A DNA stretch of 64,000 nucleotides from NCBI GenBank assembly GCA_002069975.1, contig MWCJ01000005.1, positions 2,497-66,496 of the forward strand. Direction: 5' to 3'. The stretch is from Bacteroidetes bacterium ADurb.Bin217. Lineage in GTDB: Bacteria > Bacteroidota > Bacteroidia > Bacteroidales > UBA1715. Positions 19,702 through 29,879 of the stretch are shown here, piece after piece (within the stretch, counting starts at the first letter, position 1; every line of letters starts with the position of its first letter). The translations under genes and the position numbers were made by a program. The notes under the pieces were generated by a model. The model was not told where the DNA came from, searched no databases, and was given only the letters and a program-made list of their open reading frames with translations.

Positions 19702-20733
19702 ATGGACGAAATAATTGAAAACGAACGGGGCTTATTTGAACATTTCAAATTTATAATTGATCAAGGGCAATCTATGCTTAGAGTCGATAAATTTTTGTCG
19801 GATAAAATCGAAACATACTCCAGAACTAAAATACAACAATCTGCCGATAACGGTTTTTTGTTTGCAAATGGTTGTGCTATAAAATCTAATTATAAAGTAA
19901 AACCCGGCGATGTAATAACAATAGAACTTGATTATCCAAAACATGAATTAGAAATAATTCCTGAAGAAATTCCATTACACATAGTATTCGAAGACGAACA
20001 TTTGCTGGTAATTCACAAACCTCCCGGAATGGTTGTTCACCCGGGCTATGGTAATTATAGCGGAACTATGGTAAATGCTCTTGCCTGGCATTTACGCGAT
20101 ACTATTCAGTTCGAAGCCAATGATCCGCGTCCCGGACTGGTACACCGAATAGATAAAGACACATCGGGCTTATTGGTAGTAGCAAAACATGAACAGGCTA
20201 AGGTTGCACTAGCAAAACAATTTTACGAAAAATCGAGCGAACGCACCTATATAGCTGTAGTATGGGGTATTCCCAAACAACGAAGCGGAACTATTTCGGG
20301 ATATATAGGCAGAGGACTTAAAGACCGCAAGGTTATGACAATGTATCCCGACGAAACCAACGGCAAATGGTCGGTTACGCATTATACAGTGTTGCAGGAA
20401 TTAGGCTATGTATCGGTAGTAGAATGCAAACTCGAAACAGGAAGAACACATCAAATACGTGCTCACTTTAAATCAATAGGGCATCCTCTTTTTAACGACG
20501 AAACATACGGCGGAAATCAAATACTACGTGGTACAACTTTTTCTAAATACAAACAATTTGTTAGTAATTGTTTTACCATATGTCCTCGTCAGGCATTACA
20601 TGCAAAAACATTGGGGTTTGTTCATCCATTTACAAAACAATTTCTCCAATTCGACAGCGAAATCCCTGATGATATGCAACAACTTATACATAAATGGCAC
20701 GACTATATAGCTACCCGAACCGATGAAGACTAA
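19702..20733 (+). CDS. rluD: RluA/RluD-family 23S rRNA pseudouridine synthase
   Basis: S4-like N-domain and the catalytic HRIDKDTSGLLVVAK motif. ATG at 19702; the track start at 19696 is a GTG. Confidence 0.85.
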   Translation: MDEIIENERGLFEHFKFIIDQGQSMLRVDKFLSDKIETYSRTKIQQSADNGFLFANGCAIKSNYKVKPGDVITIELDYPKHELEIIPEEIPLHIVFEDEHLLVIHKPPGMVVHPGYGNYSGTMVNALAWHLRDTIQFEANDPRPGLVHRIDKDTSGLLVVAKHEQAKVALAKQFYEKSSERTYIAVVWGIPKQRSGTISGYIGRGLKDRKVMTMYPDETNGKWSVTHYTVLQELGYVSVVECKLETGRTHQIRAHFKSIGHPLFNDETYGGNQILRGTTFSKYKQFVSNCFTICPRQALHAKTLGFVHPFTKQFLQFDSEIPDDMQQLIHKWHDYIATRTDED

Positions 20734-21442
20734 ACAATTACATACCGACACCTTAGGTTTAGCTTATACCAGTTATTTCGAAGGTAACGATAAAGCATAT
20801 TTTACTCTACTATCGCCACATTTCGACCCCGACGATGTTGAAGTAGCACACTTTTTTAGAAATTTCAATGCTATGCCACCAATAGAACAACGGGCAATAG
20901 AAGAATGTAAGGGACGTATATTAGATGTTGGGGCAGGTACCGGAACTCATAGTTTAGAATTACAAAAACGGGGATTTCAAGTTACGGCTCTCGATATTTC
21001 ACCGTTGGCGTGTGCAATTATGAGTAAACGAGGCATTTCTAAAGTTGTATGCGAAGATTTTTATACCCACGCTTATACAACATATCATACTATTTTATTT
21101 CTCATGAATGGAATAGGAATAGTGGGAACGTTGGAAGGATTTCCGCAATTTTTTGAGTCACTTTCGCGAATTCTCGAACCGGGCGGACAGGTATTGGTAG
21201 ACTCATCGGATTTACGCTATTTGTTCGAAGAAGACGATGGCTCGTTTGCCATACCCCTGTGTGGTTATTATGGCGAATTAGAATATACGGTTGAATTTGA
21301 ACAATACACTTCGCAACCATTCCCATGGGTATATGTAGATTTCGACACCTTAGCTTCGGCAGCAGAATCAGCAGGTTGGAATTGTACTCTAGTAACTGTA
21401 GGAGAACATTACGATTTTCTAGCTCGATTGACTCGGAAATAA
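20723..21442 (+). CDS. Class I SAM-dependent methyltransferase
   Basis: Motif I ILDVGAGTGTHSLEL, followed by the acidic residue in VTALDISP. Confidence 0.7.
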   Translation: MKTKQLHTDTLGLAYTSYFEGNDKAYFTLLSPHFDPDDVEVAHFFRNFNAMPPIEQRAIEECKGRILDVGAGTGTHSLELQKRGFQVTALDISPLACAIMSKRGISKVVCEDFYTHAYTTYHTILFLMNGIGIVGTLEGFPQFFESLSRILEPGGQVLVDSSDLRYLFEEDDGSFAIPLCGYYGELEYTVEFEQYTSQPFPWVYVDFDTLASAAESAGWNCTLVTVGEHYDFLARLTRK

Positions 21443-21456
21443 TTTCTAATTCCTTA

Positions 21457-22083
21457 TCAAGCTTTCATATCCAACAAATCTTTTCCCGATTGTTTGAGTA
21501 ACGATACCGACCACATAATAATTACCAGAGAGCTAATAATTGCACCTAACGCGTCGAGCCACAGTATATTCCATAGCATTGCAGCTATTAATGCAATGAT
21601 AGCGGTAAGGCTGGTAAGTGCATCGGCAAGTACATGAATATAGGCAGCACGAATACTATGATCAGATTCTTCATGAGAATGATGTAACATGAAAGCACTT
21701 AGTATGTTTATACCCAATCCTATACATGCTACAATTAGTGCTTCTTGAAATTGAATTTCAGAAGGATGTATATATCGCTGTATTGCCTCGTATACAATAA
21801 CCAAAGCAAATATTAGAAGAAGTAAGCCGCTGGTATATCCCGAAAGTGAAAGAATTTTTTGTGAATTTCCTTTGTATGCCGAATTTGTAGCTAATTTGCG
21901 AACAATAACATACGCCAACCAACTTAAGCCTATAGCAAACACATGTGAACCCATATGAATACCATCGGCAAGCAATGCCATAGACCCGGTAGAAATACCA
22001 AAAAGAATTTCGAGTACCATTGTACTAGCTGCTATTATAACAACCCACATGGTTTTATGTTCGTTAGTGTGTATGTGATTCAT
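21457..22083 (-). CDS. Cation diffusion facilitator (CDF) family transporter, membrane domain only
   Basis: Six predicted TM segments. TM2 LLADGIHMGSH and TM5 HVLADALTS metal-site motifs. His-rich loop HHSHEESDH. The protein ends right after TM6 (KDLLDMKA). ATG at 22083 (MNHIHTNEHK) is preferred over the upstream extension. Confidence 0.7.
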   Translation of the reverse strand: MNHIHTNEHKTMWVVIIAASTMVLEILFGISTGSMALLADGIHMGSHVFAIGLSWLAYVIVRKLATNSAYKGNSQKILSLSGYTSGLLLLIFALVIVYEAIQRYIHPSEIQFQEALIVACIGLGINILSAFMLHHSHEESDHSIRAAYIHVLADALTSLTAIIALIAAMLWNILWLDALGAIISSLVIIMWSVSLLKQSGKDLLDMKA

Positions 22084-22312
22084 AGGTATATAACATTTTA
22101 AAATCAAACGAAGCAAACACCTGATATCCATCAGCATGGGGTACATATACATGAATATGATAATAACAATTCATATACTTACAAATATATAATTTATTTT
22201 GCACGCATAATTGTATTGAATACAATATAATCGGTTTTGGAATATCGTTTTTTGATACAAATACTTCATGTAATAAAATTTAAACAAGGTCTTAAGAAAT
22301 AAAAAAAAACAC

Positions 22313-22320
22313 TACTTTTG
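22313..22320 (+). promoter_or_regulatory. Bacteroidota -7 promoter box
   Basis: TACTTTTG lies 28 nt upstream of the guaB ATG at 22348. Confidence 0.45.
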
Positions 22321-22347
22321 TGCAATTATATTAAAAACAAAAGCAGT

Positions 22348-23820
22348 ATGTCATTTGAATCAGAAAGAATCGTATCGGAAGGGTTAACATTTGATGATGT
22401 GTTACTTGTTCCGGCATATTCGGAGGTATTACCTCGCGAAGTTGATGTTACTTCAAAAATCTCACGAAACATTGTGATTAATAGCCCTATAGTTTCCGCA
22501 GCAATGGATACTATAACCGATTCGCGATTAGCTATTGCTCTTGCTCGCGAAGGTGGGATTGGAATTATTCATAAAAACATGAGCATAGAACAGCAGGCTC
22601 GCGAAGTAAAACGAGTTAAACGTTCTGAAAATGGTATGATTTACGACCCAATTACTATTACACCCGATGCCACAGCAAAAAACGCATTAGACTTAATGAC
22701 CGAATTTAAAATTGGAGGAATTCCGGTAATTGATGCTCAAAAAAGATTATTGGGAATTGTAACAAATCGTGATTTGCGTTTCGAAACAAATATGCAACGC
22801 AGTATTGCCGATATCATGACTAAAGAAAATTTAATTACCATAAAACAAAGTGATGATGTATCGAAAGCCGGTGATATATTGCAACAATATAAAATAGAAA
22901 AATTACCTGTAGTTGACGATAATAATATTTTGGTTGGATTACTTACCTATAAAGATATTTTCAAAGCAAAAGATAACCCACGTGCTTGCAAAGACAAAAA
23001 AGGCAGGTTACGTGTAGGTGCTTCTATAGGTGTTTCGGCCGATACTTTTGAGCGATTAGAAGCATTGGCACAAGCCGATGTAGATGTAGTAGTTATAGAT
23101 ACAGCTCACGGACATTCACGGGGAGTGATTGAGACATTGCGTAAAGCTAAAAACAAATATCCACATATAGATTTTGTTGCAGGTAATATAGCTACTCCCG
23201 AAGCAGCTCTAGCACTTGTAGAAGCTGGAGCAGATGCGGTAAAAGTAGGTATTGGCCCGGGTTCTATTTGTACTACACGTGTAATTGCAGGAGTAGGTGT
23301 TCCACAATTATCTGCAATTTTTGCAGTATCAAAAGCATTAGAACATACTGGAGTGCCGGTAATTGCCGATGGTGGTATCAGATATTCTGGCGATATAGTT
23401 AAAGCTCTAGCTGCCGGAGCAAGCTCTATTATGGCCGGGTCTTTATTTGCCGGATTAGAAGAATCACCTGGTGAAACGATAATCTTTCAAGGAAGAAAAT
23501 TTAAAACCTATCGTGGAATGGGGTCAGTAGAAGCTATGCAACAAGGTTCAAAAGATCGCTATTTTCAAGATGTAGAAGATGATATTAAAAAGTTAGTTCC
23601 CGAAGGAATTGCAGCACGTGTGCCATACAAAGGCACATTGTCGGAAACCGTATATCAACTTTTAGGCGGTTTGCGGGCAGGTATGGGATATTGCGGTGCT
23701 CGAAATATCGATGAATTACATACAGCTAAATTTGTAAAAATCACAAATGCCGGACATGCTGAAAGTCATCCGCATGATGTAACTATAACACGCGAAGCTC
23801 CTAACTATAGCAGAGAATAA
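22348..23820 (+). CDS. guaB: IMP dehydrogenase
   Basis: [22 protein letters not shown], tandem CBS domains, the catalytic [11 protein letters not shown] loop and GGIRYSGD. The track start at 22318 is a TTG; the ATG at 22348 fits the family N-terminus. Confidence 0.94.
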   Translation: MSFESERIVSEGLTFDDVLLVPAYSEVLPREVDVTSKISRNIVINSPIVSAAMDTITDSRLAIALAREGGIGIIHKNMSIEQQAREVKRVKRSENGMIYDPITITPDATAKNALDLMTEFKIGGIPVIDAQKRLLGIVTNRDLRFETNMQRSIADIMTKENLITIKQSDDVSKAGDILQQYKIEKLPVVDDNNILVGLLTYKDIFKAKDNPRACKDKKGRLRVGASIGVSADTFERLEALAQADVDVVVIDTAHGHSRGVIETLRKAKNKYPHIDFVAGNIATPEAALALVEAGADAVKVGIGPGSICTTRVIAGVGVPQLSAIFAVSKALEHTGVPVIADGGIRYSGDIVKALAAGASSIMAGSLFAGLEESPGETIIFQGRKFKTYRGMGSVEAMQQGSKDRYFQDVEDDIKKLVPEGIAARVPYKGTLSETVYQLLGGLRAGMGYCGARNIDELHTAKFVKITNAGHAESHPHDVTITREAPNYSRE

Positions 23821-23999
23821 CTTATACTATTTCTGCTTATGAAAAACAATACGTTTTTTACAGTAAGACATATGTATAATACCATCAGTATAATTTAAGT
23901 ATAACACAAGGATTTATGAAATATATCTTGAAATATACATCAATATATTTTAAGACTCAAAAAGTTCACATTTTCTTAAAACATTAAACCGATATTCGA

Positions 24000-25982
24000 A
24001 TGAAAAAACAGTTTGTAAGTTTAGTATGCATAGTGCTTATTGGTTTTAGTTATATCAATGCTCAAACCATTCAAATTCCCGATTCTATTAAACAAAAAGT
24101 ATTACTCACTGTAGATACGGCAAGTATAACTGCCGATGAATTTGCATGGTTTTACAATAAATACAATTCATATCTCGATTCGTCGCTCATTGTAAGCATC
24201 GAAGAGTCTATGCAATTATTTATTGATTATAAAATGAAAATCATAGATGCCGAACGACAAAAGCTTGATACAACTGACAAATTTAAAGATGAATTTTATT
24301 CGTATCTTAAATCAACCGCAAAATCATATTTATATAACGATACACTTGAGCATTTAGCAAAAGTTCAAGCTTATGAACGATTACAAACCGATTATAATAT
24401 TTCGCATATTTTTATTAGATCTAATGTATACTCTAATCCTAAAGATACCTTAGCTGCATATAAAAAGGCTCTGTCTCTGAAAAAAGAACTTGAAGCCGGT
24501 GCGGATTTTGGCAAATATGCGCAATTATACTCCGACGATACCTTTACTAAAGAATATGGCGGTAATTTAGGCTATATTACATCTATGATTCTTCCATTAC
24601 CATATGAGCATGCAGTATATGCTTCCAAAAAAGGAAGTATTATAGGTCCTATCCGAACCGAACAAGGCTATTATATTACCAAAATTAATGATATTCGCCC
24701 TACCAAAGGTCAAGTAAAAGCGTCGCTTATAGTTATATATCACGACTCCAAACATGCCGATTCTGTTCGAAAAGCAAAACTAATTGCCGATACCGTATAT
24801 AATAGATTACTTGCCGGCGAATCGTTCGATACGTTAAGTAATATATATAACCTTAATCAACGATTATATTCATCAAAAGGTGATATTGGCTGGCTCGATA
24901 ATTCTATGAGATACGACCCGCCACTGAAAGAGGCATTGTTTGCAATGCAACAAATAGGCGATATTACTAAACCATTGTATTTCGACTATGGAGTAGTTAT
25001 AGCTCAATTAACGGGGAAATCGGAATTAGCCGACATAAAATCGTATGTGAAAACTATAAATAAATTGTTCAAAAAAGACGAAACAAGAAAAAATGTAGTA
25101 AAAGAAGCATTTTATGCTGAATACAAAAAAACGGCACCGTATAAACAACAATCACAGACAATCGCAAATTTTATTTCACTCGTTGATAATTCTATATTAT
25201 TAGGCAAATGGACTAAACCAAGTTTTACTGAAAATAAAACACTATTTACAATTGGAAAAGAATCTTATACCTATGAAGATTTTTCGCAATATTTATTTGA
25301 AAATCAGAAGAGTAAACACATTTCCGATAAAGAAGTGCTCGTACGCATGCGATTACAGGAATATGTAAACAATATGCTTGAACAACATGCCGTTCAACAT
25401 CTGCATTTGCGAAATCAAGAATTTGCTCGAATTATGCAAGAATACCATGATGGAATGATAATTTATGAGCTTATGAATAACGAAGTATTCCAAAAAGCAA
25501 ATAAAGATTCGGCTGCCGTGTATCAATGGTACATAGCACATCCTCAAGATTACTTACAAACCGAAGGCATACGAGTATCATATTTTATGTGTAAAGATGC
25601 TAAAATTGCTAAAAAAGTAGTATCGCTTATTCAAAAACCACAGTCATCTTTTACTGACCAAAGTATTGTTACAACCATAAACAAAAAATCAATGGACAAT
25701 GTATTACTTGACTCTGCGGTTTTTTATCGTGGACAAGATAGTTTTGTTGATTCATTAGAATGGAAGACTGGAAGTTATCATATACTGGAAAATAACAAAG
25801 TAATGCGTATTACAAAGCACATTCCGGTTCAACCTATGCCATTTGAAACATGTAAAAATGCGGTAATTTCTGATTATCAATCGTATTTAGAAGATGTATG
25901 GGTACAAAGTTTACGCAAAAAGTATTCGTATTCGCTTAATCAATCCTATTTTTCTTTAATTCTTGCTAAAAATTCTCAATAA
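24000..25982 (+). CDS. Periplasmic peptidyl-prolyl cis-trans isomerase (parvulin type, PpiD/SurA-like)
   Basis: Signal peptide plus a parvulin domain (YNISHIFIR...GGNLGYIT...EQGYYITKINDIR). Confidence 0.75.
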   Translation: MKKQFVSLVCIVLIGFSYINAQTIQIPDSIKQKVLLTVDTASITADEFAWFYNKYNSYLDSSLIVSIEESMQLFIDYKMKIIDAERQKLDTTDKFKDEFYSYLKSTAKSYLYNDTLEHLAKVQAYERLQTDYNISHIFIRSNVYSNPKDTLAAYKKALSLKKELEAGADFGKYAQLYSDDTFTKEYGGNLGYITSMILPLPYEHAVYASKKGSIIGPIRTEQGYYITKINDIRPTKGQVKASLIVIYHDSKHADSVRKAKLIADTVYNRLLAGESFDTLSNIYNLNQRLYSSKGDIGWLDNSMRYDPPLKEALFAMQQIGDITKPLYFDYGVVIAQLTGKSELADIKSYVKTINKLFKKDETRKNVVKEAFYAEYKKTAPYKQQSQTIANFISLVDNSILLGKWTKPSFTENKTLFTIGKESYTYEDFSQYLFENQKSKHISDKEVLVRMRLQEYVNNMLEQHAVQHLHLRNQEFARIMQEYHDGMIIYELMNNEVFQKANKDSAAVYQWYIAHPQDYLQTEGIRVSYFMCKDAKIAKKVVSLIQKPQSSFTDQSIVTTINKKSMDNVLLDSAVFYRGQDSFVDSLEWKTGSYHILENNKVMRITKHIPVQPMPFETCKNAVISDYQSYLEDVWVQSLRKKYSYSLNQSYFSLILAKNSQ

Positions 25983-26821
25983 TGAAACTCTTACTTCGGG
26001 CTATTATTATTTCATTTTTTGCCGTATCATGTAGTTCGGGAGATTCTCCCGATGATGCATTGCTACTTGCCGAAGTAGGCGACCATCTTTTATATAAAAA
26101 ACAAGTAACGAGTGTAATGCCTCAAGGTTTATCGTCGCAGGACAGTATTTCTTTTGTTAAAAATTATACCGATGCATGGGTGCTAAATAAATTATTGTAC
26201 GAAAAAGCTGTTCGCAATATAAGCGATAAAGATGGAAGTATAGAAGAACAAACCAATATATATAAAGAACAATTATATATAACAGCTTACGAACAATTAT
26301 TTTCTAATCAAAAACTTGATACTCTTATTACACAAGCTCACATAGATGAATATTATTCTGCTCACAAACATGAATACATTTTATCGGTTGATGTAGTAAA
26401 ACCAATTTTTGCGGTAATACCTAAACAAAAACTTACCAAAAAAATCCGTACATACTTTCAAAGCTCCGATTCTGATGAATTCGACATTTTTAGAGAATTT
26501 GTGTACGAAAATTCTCATAAATTCTATTTAGGCAAAGAATGGGTAATACTAGACCAATTAAAACAAGAAGTGCCGGTTACTCTCATATCAAATGCAAATC
26601 TATTTAATTCAAAAGGAATTGTTTTAGAAGATTCGGAATTTGCTTATTGTATAAAGATAAATGAACATGTTCAATCGGGCAACCCCAAACCTAAAGAAAT
26701 GGCGTACGAAGAAATTGCTACAATTCTATTGCACAAACGAAAAATTGAATTGCTTACATCAATGAGAAATAAACTCTATCAAGACGCGTTACATAAAAAA
26801 AAATTTGAAACCTATTATTAA
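25982..26821 (+). CDS. Hypothetical lipoprotein in the SurA/PPIase cluster
   Basis: Lipoprotein signal (FFAVSCSSG). The start overlaps the upstream stop (TAATG), which suggests co-translation with the flanking PPIase genes. Confidence 0.5.
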   Translation: MKLLLRAIIISFFAVSCSSGDSPDDALLLAEVGDHLLYKKQVTSVMPQGLSSQDSISFVKNYTDAWVLNKLLYEKAVRNISDKDGSIEEQTNIYKEQLYITAYEQLFSNQKLDTLITQAHIDEYYSAHKHEYILSVDVVKPIFAVIPKQKLTKKIRTYFQSSDSDEFDIFREFVYENSHKFYLGKEWVILDQLKQEVPVTLISNANLFNSKGIVLEDSEFAYCIKINEHVQSGNPKPKEMAYEEIATILLHKRKIELLTSMRNKLYQDALHKKKFETYY

Positions 26822-26830
26822 TCTACACTT

Positions 26831-28177
26831 ATGAAATTATATAAATTATTATATGTATGTGCCTTATGTATTGGTATTACGGCACACGCCCAAACTCCTA
26901 TTGTGCTAGATCAAATTGTAGCTGTAATAGGCGACGAAATGATAAAACAATCTGATATCGAAAATCAAGCAATACAAATGAAACAATTTGGTGCAAAAGA
27001 CAATGAAATAGTACCTTGTAAATTATTTGAAGATATGCTATTTCAAAAATTATTAGTGCATCAGGCTCGTATTGATAGTATTGCTGTTTCCGATTCAGAA
27101 GTTGATGGCGAAATAAATCGCAGAATTGATATGTTTGTTGGCGAAGCAGGCAGTATTCAAAAATTAGAAACTTTTTACGGAAAATCAGAACTTGAAATAA
27201 AAACCGAATGGCGACCTCTCATAAAAGAACAAATAATGGCTCAACGAGTTCAAAGTGGAATAGTTGGCTCTATTGAAGTATCGCCAAACGAAATTCGTAA
27301 ATTTTTTACTGCTCTTAATCCCGATAGTATTCCACTTATACCTTTACAATACGAATATGCTCAAATAGTTATAAAACCTAAACTTTCTGAAACTGAAGAG
27401 GCTGAAATAAAAAAGAAATTAGAAGAAATTAGACAACGAGCTTTAAAAGGCGAAAATTTCTCGAAATTGGCAGTACTATATAGCGATGATACCGAAAGTG
27501 CTAAAATGGGAGGTTTATTAGGCGATTATATTTCGCGTGGTGAATTAGTTCCGGAATTTGCTGCTGCTGCATTCCGACTTAAAGAAGGCGAAATATCAAG
27601 AATAGTTAAAACAAATTACGGGTACCATATAATTCAAATGATAGAACTCAAAGGTGAGAAAGCGAAACTAAAACATATTCTTCTTCGCCCCAAACCATCA
27701 ATGAAAACCATTCAGCAAGCAGGGAAAAAAGCTGACAGTGTATATGCATTGTTGCGTGACACTTTAAAATTTGAACGTGCAGCCTTACTCTATTCAAGCG
27801 ACGAAAAAACAAAAAACAATGCAGGAAAATATATCAATCCCTACACAAATTCGTCGAAATTCGAAGCTCAAATGATAGAACCTACGGTATTGCACAGTAT
27901 TAAAAATTTACAACCTGGTGCTATTACACAACCTGTGTTAACATACGACGAAACAGGTATGCAAGTATATAAAATTTTTAAATTAATTTCGGTTACTCCC
28001 GAACACAAAGCTACATTACTCGATGATTATCAAACAATTAAAGAAATGGCTTTGCAAGAAAAAAAACAAAAGGCTATAAGCCAATGGATTTCGAACAAAC
28101 AAGAATCTACATATATTTCGTTACCCGATTCTAAATATTCTACGTGTGCATTTAAACATGTTTGGAAAAATAAATAA
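26831..28177 (+). CDS. surA: SurA-like periplasmic chaperone / parvulin PPIase
   Basis: Signal peptide, SurA N-domain-like region, and a parvulin domain (YEYAQIVIKP...GGLLGDYISRGELVPEF...NYGYHIIQMIE). Confidence 0.75.
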   Translation: MKLYKLLYVCALCIGITAHAQTPIVLDQIVAVIGDEMIKQSDIENQAIQMKQFGAKDNEIVPCKLFEDMLFQKLLVHQARIDSIAVSDSEVDGEINRRIDMFVGEAGSIQKLETFYGKSELEIKTEWRPLIKEQIMAQRVQSGIVGSIEVSPNEIRKFFTALNPDSIPLIPLQYEYAQIVIKPKLSETEEAEIKKKLEEIRQRALKGENFSKLAVLYSDDTESAKMGGLLGDYISRGELVPEFAAAAFRLKEGEISRIVKTNYGYHIIQMIELKGEKAKLKHILLRPKPSMKTIQQAGKKADSVYALLRDTLKFERAALLYSSDEKTKNNAGKYINPYTNSSKFEAQMIEPTVLHSIKNLQPGAITQPVLTYDETGMQVYKIFKLISVTPEHKATLLDDYQTIKEMALQEKKQKAISQWISNKQESTYISLPDSKYSTCAFKHVWKNK

Positions 28178-28183
28178 GATACT

Positions 28184-29125
28184 ATGAATATTGCAATAGT
28201 TGGAATAGGTGGCATTGGTGGATATGTGGGGGCTTATTTAGCTCACACTTATGGCACAACAAACCAACACTCTATTACTTTTATTCAACGAGGTATTCAT
28301 GGAAAAACTATAACTGAACACGGGCTAACATTTATTGCAAAACAAACATTTACAGTACACCCTCATAAAGTATTGGCAAATCCTGAAAAAGGTGATATAT
28401 TCGATATTATATTTTTTTGTGTGAAAAGCAAAGACTTAGAATCGAGCGTACTATCATTAAAAGAGTATATGCATTCTCAAACAGTATGTATAAGTTTGCT
28501 CAATGGAGTGTGCAATGCACAGCGTATTCAACAGCTACTTCCACAGCAAAGAGTGTTAGACGGTTGTATCTATGTAAGTGCCGCTATTACTGCACCCGGA
28601 CAAGTAACTCAAAAAGGTGGAGCGGGAACTATATATATAGGTGATGTTAGCGGTGTTACTCAAGATATAGATTATATAATTTTAGAAATCCTTACTCGTG
28701 CATCTTTAAAAGTTCAAATTTCAAATGATATTCTTACAGAGGTTTGGAAAAAATATTTATTCATTTGTCCGTTTGCGACAATGACTTCGCTTTATAATAT
28801 GCCTATTGGAATTCTTATTCGTAAACCAGCATTATGCGACCAAACAAAACAATTAATGCAGGAAATTGTTACCCTGTCGCATGAATATAAAGCACAACTA
28901 TCACAAACCGATATAGATTCTGCTATAGAACTGGCATTCAAAATACCCGAACATACACCAACATCAATGCAACTCGATGTATATAGTGGGAAAATTCCTG
29001 AAATAGATGTTTTTACACAATTTGTAGTAGAACATGCTGCAAAAACAGGAATAGATGTACCTATATACAAAAAATTATTACCTCAATTGCAAAAAATAAT
29101 TTCTGAACAAATTCATAATGGCTAA
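28184..29125 (+). CDS. panE: 2-dehydropantoate 2-reductase (ketopantoate reductase)
   Basis: N-terminal Rossmann motif IAIVGIGGIGGYVGAYL. ApbA/PanE-type length and C-terminal helical domain (SMQLDV). Confidence 0.65.
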   Translation: MNIAIVGIGGIGGYVGAYLAHTYGTTNQHSITFIQRGIHGKTITEHGLTFIAKQTFTVHPHKVLANPEKGDIFDIIFFCVKSKDLESSVLSLKEYMHSQTVCISLLNGVCNAQRIQQLLPQQRVLDGCIYVSAAITAPGQVTQKGGAGTIYIGDVSGVTQDIDYIILEILTRASLKVQISNDILTEVWKKYLFICPFATMTSLYNMPIGILIRKPALCDQTKQLMQEIVTLSHEYKAQLSQTDIDSAIELAFKIPEHTPTSMQLDVYSGKIPEIDVFTQFVVEHAAKTGIDVPIYKKLLPQLQKIISEQIHNG

Positions 29126-29735
29126 AAAATATTATGTTGTATGGGAAGGACGCGAAAAAGGGGTATTTTCGTCATGGGATATTTGTAAATCACTTATCGA
29201 AGGATATAAAGGTGCTGTATATAAATCATTTGAATCGTACGAAGAAGCAAAAAAAGCATTTGAAACTCAAGCTTCACAAAGCATAAAAAAACAAAATTAC
29301 TCTCACGTTCAGCGTGTTACAACTGCCTATCCTATGCAAGACAGTCTTTCGGTAGATGCAGCATGCAGCGGAAATCCTGGCGATATGGAATATAGAGGTG
29401 TATATGTAAAAACAAGGCAAGAAGTATTTCGTGTTGGACCACTCAAAGAAGGGACAAATAATATTGGAGAATTCTTAGCAATTGTTCATGGATTGGCTTA
29501 TTTAAAAAAAATTAATTCTTCTATTCCTATTTATACCGATTCGGTTACAGCTATAAGCTGGATTCGAAATAAACATTGCAAAACTACTCTTCAAGAAACT
29601 GTAAGAAATGCACAAATTTTTGAATTAATTGACAGAGCCGAACAATGGTTACAAAATAATACATATACTACACCTATAGTAAAATGGGACACCAAACATT
29701 GGGGCGAAATACCTGCAGATTTTGGAAGAAAATAG
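29118..29735 (+). CDS. rnhA: Ribonuclease HI with an N-terminal hybrid-binding (viroplasmin-like) domain
   Basis: N-terminal YYVVWEGREKGVFSSWDICKSLIEGYKGAVYKSFESYEEAKKAF, followed by an RNase H core (VDAACSGNPG, NNIGEFLAI, IYTDS). Overlaps panE by 8 nt. Confidence 0.8.
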   Translation: MAKKYYVVWEGREKGVFSSWDICKSLIEGYKGAVYKSFESYEEAKKAFETQASQSIKKQNYSHVQRVTTAYPMQDSLSVDAACSGNPGDMEYRGVYVKTRQEVFRVGPLKEGTNNIGEFLAIVHGLAYLKKINSSIPIYTDSVTAISWIRNKHCKTTLQETVRNAQIFELIDRAEQWLQNNTYTTPIVKWDTKHWGEIPADFGRK

Positions 29736-29879
29736 GTGTATGTGCAAGTATTTTTTACTATTTGTCAAATCTTTGTATTTCAACACGTTGCAAATAATTT
29801 TTAAAAAATAAAAAAAAGAAATCCTTTCTCATATCCTTTTTATTTTTATATTCGTACAAATGTATACAAAGTATTGACA

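Noticed and set aside
22210-22226. The palindrome ATTGTAT-TGA-ATACAAT between the CDF transporter gene and guaB, as a possible metal-regulator operator.
   Set aside because: The arms are only 7 bp and AT-rich, so chance occurrence is likely in this composition.
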